Positions 60,269 through 64,000 of a stretch of 64,000 nt of DNA are shown piece by piece. The stretch comes from Cenarchaeum sp. GTDB taxonomy: Archaea; Thermoproteota; Nitrososphaeria; Nitrososphaerales; Nitrosopumilaceae. Within the stretch, counting starts at the first letter, position 1. The number at the start of each line of letters is the position of its first letter. Position numbers and translations under genes: made by a program. The notes beneath the pieces are model-generated. The model saw only the letters and a program-made list of their open reading frames with translations. It had not been told where the DNA came from and did not search any database. Location: positions 1,152,001-1,216,000 of the forward strand of contig OZ242221.1 in assembly GCA_965206845.1 (NCBI GenBank), read 5' to 3'.

Positions 60269-60371
60269 TGGTGCAGAAGGTGGGATTCGAACCCACGAAC
60301 CCCTAAGGGAAAGGATCGCCCATGAACTGATCTTGAGTCCTTCTCGGTTGGCCGGGCTTCGGTACTTCTGC
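60269..60371 (-). tRNA. tRNA-Leu (CAA) with 15-nt intron (~60317-60331) and encoded CCA
   Basis: GCAGAAG/CTTCTGC acceptor; AAGGA-CTCAAG[intron]A-TCCTT; long variable arm; TTCGAAT loop. Confidence 0.9.
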
Positions 60372-60517
60372 ATGGTGGGTTCACACGCTCCTTTATTTCT
60401 CAATTGCGGCTCCCCTGGGTGCGGGCGCGCACGCCCCGGCCGGATCGCCGCGCCTGGCCGGCGCGGCAGACACCGGAGCTACTCAAGAATTTTAACTCGG
60501 TGAAAAAGACCCTTGGT

Positions 60518-61717
60518 ATGAACATCCTGACCCTTGACAGCTTTGATCTGCGCGGCAAGACCGTATTTCTCCGGGTGGATATGAACTGCCCAATGGATCC
60601 AACAACCATGAAGATCGCAGGACTTGGAAGGATCGAGGAGGCCTGCGAGACCATAAGGTGCCTTGGTGACGCAAAGGTCGTGGTGGCCTCCCACCAGGGA
60701 AGGGTGGGCAACAGAGACTACACCGGGATGCGCGAGCATGCCTTGGCGCTAGAGGATCTTCTTGGAAAGGAGATAAAGTATGTCGAGGACACCATCGGCC
60801 AAGCGGCGCAGAAGGAGATCAAGAGCCTGCACAACGGAGAGATCCTGCTGCTGGACAACCTCCGACTCTGCGCAGAGGAGAACTACGAGTTCTCCCCAAA
60901 GGCTGCAGCCAAGACCATAATGGTAAGGAGGCTGGCGGGCCTCTTTGATCTGTGCATACTGGACTCGTTTCCGAGCGCCCACAGATCCCATCCCTCAATA
61001 GTGGGATTCCCACAGGTGCTGCCCGCCTGCGCAGGCAGGATCGTCGAGAGGGAGGTCCGCCGTCTGGATGAAATAATTACCGTTGCCAAGGCGCCCCACG
61101 TCATAGTCTTGGGAGGATCCAAGGTGGGCGACAGGCTGGAGTCCATCAAGATGCTGATCAGGACCGGCAGGGCGGATCACGTGCTGCTCACAGGAGTCAT
61201 AGGAAATGTCTTCATGAGGGCACAGGGCAGGATAAAGTCCCCCCTGGGAATCAAACACGAGGACGAGGCAGTGGCCAAGGCGCACGCCCTCATCGGCGAG
61301 TACCCTGATGTCTTCTCTACCCCGGTGGATGTGGCAGTAGACCATGCAGGCAGAAGGGTGGAGATGGATGTCCGCGAGCTGGACCGCGATGACAAGATCC
61401 TGGATCTCGGGCCCAAGACGGTAAGGCACTACAGCAGACTGATTGCCGGCGCCGGCACCGTCTTCATCAGCGGGCCTGCAGGGCTATTCGAGAACGAGCA
61501 GTTCAGCTTTGGAACCAAGTCGCTACTGGAGGGCGTGGCATCATCCATTGCTACCACCATAGTGAGCGGGGGCCATCTCACGTCGGCGCTAAAAAGGTAC
61601 GGCCTGATAGACAAGATAGACCATGTTAGTACCGCCGGGGGCGCGCTTGTGCTCTACCTGACGGGTCAGAGGCTTCCCATGATGGAGGCCCTGGAAGACG
61701 CGGCAAGACGGCACTAG
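60518..61717 (+). CDS. pgk: Phosphoglycerate kinase
   Basis: RVDMN.P, SHQGR, LLDNLR, LGGSK, D.GP.T, GGH, HVSTAGGA. Confidence 0.95.
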   Translation: MNILTLDSFDLRGKTVFLRVDMNCPMDPTTMKIAGLGRIEEACETIRCLGDAKVVVASHQGRVGNRDYTGMREHALALEDLLGKEIKYVEDTIGQAAQKEIKSLHNGEILLLDNLRLCAEENYEFSPKAAAKTIMVRRLAGLFDLCILDSFPSAHRSHPSIVGFPQVLPACAGRIVEREVRRLDEIITVAKAPHVIVLGGSKVGDRLESIKMLIRTGRADHVLLTGVIGNVFMRAQGRIKSPLGIKHEDEAVAKAHALIGEYPDVFSTPVDVAVDHAGRRVEMDVRELDRDDKILDLGPKTVRHYSRLIAGAGTVFISGPAGLFENEQFSFGTKSLLEGVASSIATTIVSGGHLTSALKRYGLIDKIDHVSTAGGALVLYLTGQRLPMMEALEDAARRH

Positions 61718-62004
61718 AGTGGCCCGTCGCAGCCAGGACACACCTTCTGCTCGCCTGTTCCTAGGTGTACGTCGCCGCAGCCACCGCAGTGCGCCTTCTC
61801 CATGGTGTCAAAGAGCTTGAACCAGATGGTGGTAAAGTTCTCACCGATGTCCCTGACCAGGCCACGGTCTCGGATCTCCCGAAAGTGTGGCTCTATGTCG
61901 TCTATTGTGATCGCGTCATCGATGTACCCCTCCTCCCTGAGCACCTCCAGTATCTGGTCGTTACTGAACCGGATCTCCATGTCGTTGAACCGCTCGTATA
62001 TCAC
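61714..62004 (-). CDS. Hypothetical protein with C-terminal zinc ribbon
   Basis: CGGC...CPGC; co-oriented with the SUF genes; true start uncertain. Confidence 0.65.
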   Translation of the reverse strand: MIYERFNDMEIRFSNDQILEVLREEGYIDDAITIDDIEPHFREIRDRGLVRDIGENFTTIWFKLFDTMEKAHCGGCGDVHLGTGEQKVCPGCDGPL

Positions 62005-62035
62005 GCGGCGGATCTGCAGCTGGACCGGTGTCTTG

Positions 62036-62473
62036 TCAGTAAAGATTTGCCGCCTCTTCCTTTAGTTTGTCGGCATCGCCCTCGGCGATGTGCTTTGCCA
62101 GGTACGTGTATAGCGCGTACTTGAGCGCCTTGAGCGAGAGCAGGGCGCACTTGATGCGGACGGCCTGTAGGTGTTCCAGGCCCAGCTCCGAGAGGATATC
62201 CCCCTTTGCAATGTCCCTTACCTTGTCGATATCCTTTCCCTTTGCAATTTCGGTAAGGACGGACGAGCAGGCCATGCAGATGGCGCACCCCTTGCCGTGA
62301 AACTTGATGTCTGTCAGCCTGTTCCCGTCTATCTTGAGGTCGATGTCGATGCTGTCGCCGCACAGGGGGTTGGCGTCGTGGTGCGTTGCGTCCGGCTTCT
62401 CGATCCTGCCAAAGTTCAGCGGATACCGGGAGTAGTCCACTATCATCTCGTGGTAGATGCCCGCATTGCTCAT
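62036..62473 (-). CDS. sufU: Fe-S cluster scaffold SufU/IscU family
   Basis: NPLCGD, GCAICMA, RIKCALL. Confidence 0.9.
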   Translation of the reverse strand: MSNAGIYHEMIVDYSRYPLNFGRIEKPDATHHDANPLCGDSIDIDLKIDGNRLTDIKFHGKGCAICMACSSVLTEIAKGKDIDKVRDIAKGDILSELGLEHLQAVRIKCALLSLKALKYALYTYLAKHIAEGDADKLKEEAANLY

Positions 62474-63714
62474 ATCTTAAACACCCTTGCCACGTTCTCA
62501 AGCGATTCTATCATGGCATCCACGTCCTGCCTTGTGTTGTATATGTAAAAGCTGGCCCGGGAGGTGGCGGCAACATCCAGCCGTTCCATGAGAACCTGGG
62601 CGCAGTGGTGGCCTGATCTTATGGCGATGCCGTCGTCGTCTAGCAACTGGGCCACATCGTGGGGGTGTACGTCATGAAAGTTAAACGAGATTACCCCTCC
62701 CCTCTTCTTCATATCTGGAGTGCCGTAGATCTCAACCCCCTTTATGGCAGACATCCTCCCCAGGGCGTACTCTGTCAGCTCCATCTCGTGGCGCCTCATA
62801 TTCTCCATTCCTATTCCAGTCAGGTAGTCGATCGCGGCTCCCAGTCCCACCACATCGGCTATGTTCGGCGTTCCGGCCTCGAACTTGTAGGGAAGATCGT
62901 TCCATGTGGTCTCGTGTTTGTGCACCTCGCGGATCATGTCGCCGCCGCCCTGGAACGGCACCATGGTATCCAGAACGTCCCTTCGGGCCCAGAGCACTCC
63001 GACACCAGTGGGTCCCATCATCTTGTGTCCTGAGAAGGCAAAAAAGTCGCATCCCAGCCGCTGCATGTCCACCGGCATGTGCGGGACTGCCTGCGCGCCG
63101 TCCACCAGCACAAGCGCGCCAGCCTTTTTGCACATGGGTATTATCCTGTCCGCGTCTGAGATGGTTCCCAGTACGTTTGACATCAGGCTGAATGCGACCA
63201 GTCTTACCCTGCCCGTGGCCAGGTGCCTCTCCAGATCCTCAAGTACGAGCTCGCCGTCGTCATCAACCCCGATGTACTCTAGCCTGGCGCCGGTCTCCTG
63301 AGCCAGCAGCTGCCACGGGACTATGTTGCTGTGGTGCTCGTACTCTGTGACTACAATGATGTCATCCTTTTTGATGTGTGGGCGGCCCCAGGAGTAGGCG
63401 ACTAGGTTGATGGCCTCGGTGGTTCCCCGGACAAAGATGATCTCCTCCCGATTCCGTATGTTGAGGAACTCGGCCACCTTGTCCCGTGTCTTCTCGTACT
63501 CGGCGGTGGCCTCCTCTGCCAGCGCGTAGACCGCTCGGTGTATGTTTGCGTTGTACCCCTTGTAGTACTCTGTGATCTTCTCGATTACGCTCAGGGGCTT
63601 TTGGGTGGTGGACGCGTTGTCAAGGTATACCAGCGGCTTGTTATTCCTGACGCGGCGCGCCAGTATGGGAAAGTCATCCCTGATATTCTCAAACTGTGTC
63701 TCGGTTCTCTGCAA
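62470..63714 (-). CDS. sufS: Cysteine desulfurase (SufS type)
   Basis: YLDNASTTQKP, EHHSN, DGAQ, SGHKM, RSGHHCA. Confidence 0.95.
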   Translation of the reverse strand: MQRTETQFENIRDDFPILARRVRNNKPLVYLDNASTTQKPLSVIEKITEYYKGYNANIHRAVYALAEEATAEYEKTRDKVAEFLNIRNREEIIFVRGTTEAINLVAYSWGRPHIKKDDIIVVTEYEHHSNIVPWQLLAQETGARLEYIGVDDDGELVLEDLERHLATGRVRLVAFSLMSNVLGTISDADRIIPMCKKAGALVLVDGAQAVPHMPVDMQRLGCDFFAFSGHKMMGPTGVGVLWARRDVLDTMVPFQGGGDMIREVHKHETTWNDLPYKFEAGTPNIADVVGLGAAIDYLTGIGMENMRRHEMELTEYALGRMSAIKGVEIYGTPDMKKRGGVISFNFHDVHPHDVAQLLDDDGIAIRSGHHCAQVLMERLDVAATSRASFYIYNTRQDVDAMIESLENVARVFKI

Positions 63715-63717
63715 TCG

Positions 63718-64000
63718 CTAAACCTCCACATGGATCCGGCCGTCCGCTATTTTAACATTGAACGTGCGCAACGGCAGCTCTGCCGGTGGGTTCTGCGGGG
63801 CTCCGCTCTCCAGATCAAAGACGGAAAGGTGCAGCGGGCACCGGACGCCCTCTGGCGTGAGAAATCCCGTGGACAGGTCGGCCTCTGCATGGGTGCAGAT
63901 GAGGTCGGTTGCAAATACGCGATCCCCCAACCTGGCAAGAAGTATCCTGTCATCGCCGCTGCCGATGCAGCGCATCTGGCCGTCCGGCAGATCGTCTAGA
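63718..64000 (-). CDS. Rieske-type ferredoxin (5'-truncated by window edge)
   Basis: CTH...CPLH ligands. Confidence 0.85.
   Translation of the reverse strand, partial: LDDLPDGQMRCIGSGDDRILLARLGDRVFATDLICTHAEADLSTGFLTPEGVRCPLHLSVFDLESGAPQNPPAELPLRTFNVKIADGRIHVEV

Overview
GC-rich archaeal chromosome segment. The gene set points to an ammonia-oxidising Nitrososphaerota (Nitrosopumilaceae/Cenarchaeum-like, possibly a symbiont): S-layer-type proteins, CFI-box-CTERM proteins, a two-domain multicopper oxidase plus ZIP transporter, an rpo10-eno-rps2-MEMO1-mvk-ipk-idi-GGPPS-gltX operon, rps13-rps4, glmS, pgk, a SUF cluster and three tRNAs. Most of the window is housekeeping. The standout is a transposase-free TnpB element (about 36041-37926). 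It is bounded by ~130-bp inverted repeats and a target-site duplication, which IS200/IS605 and IS607 elements do not have. The inverted repeat is the structured region overlapping the tnpB 3' end, where the omega/reRNA scaffold normally lies, so each end may carry an outward-reading guide-RNA scaffold. A second, internally deleted member (26387-26755) has the same layout, and its hairpins covary with those of the large element. Other mobile DNA: an intact IS5-like element, an IS630-type MITE and an IS481-like remnant. Also notable: a YwgA-like + SAMHD1-like HD gene pair, a bacterial-type TPI, two giant thrombospondin type-3 repeat paralogues sharing a promoter motif, a DtxR/MntR-like operator, two small ORFs missed by the ORF track, and two single-base frameshifts that are probably assembly errors. 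All calls come from reading the sequence by eye; no searches were run.
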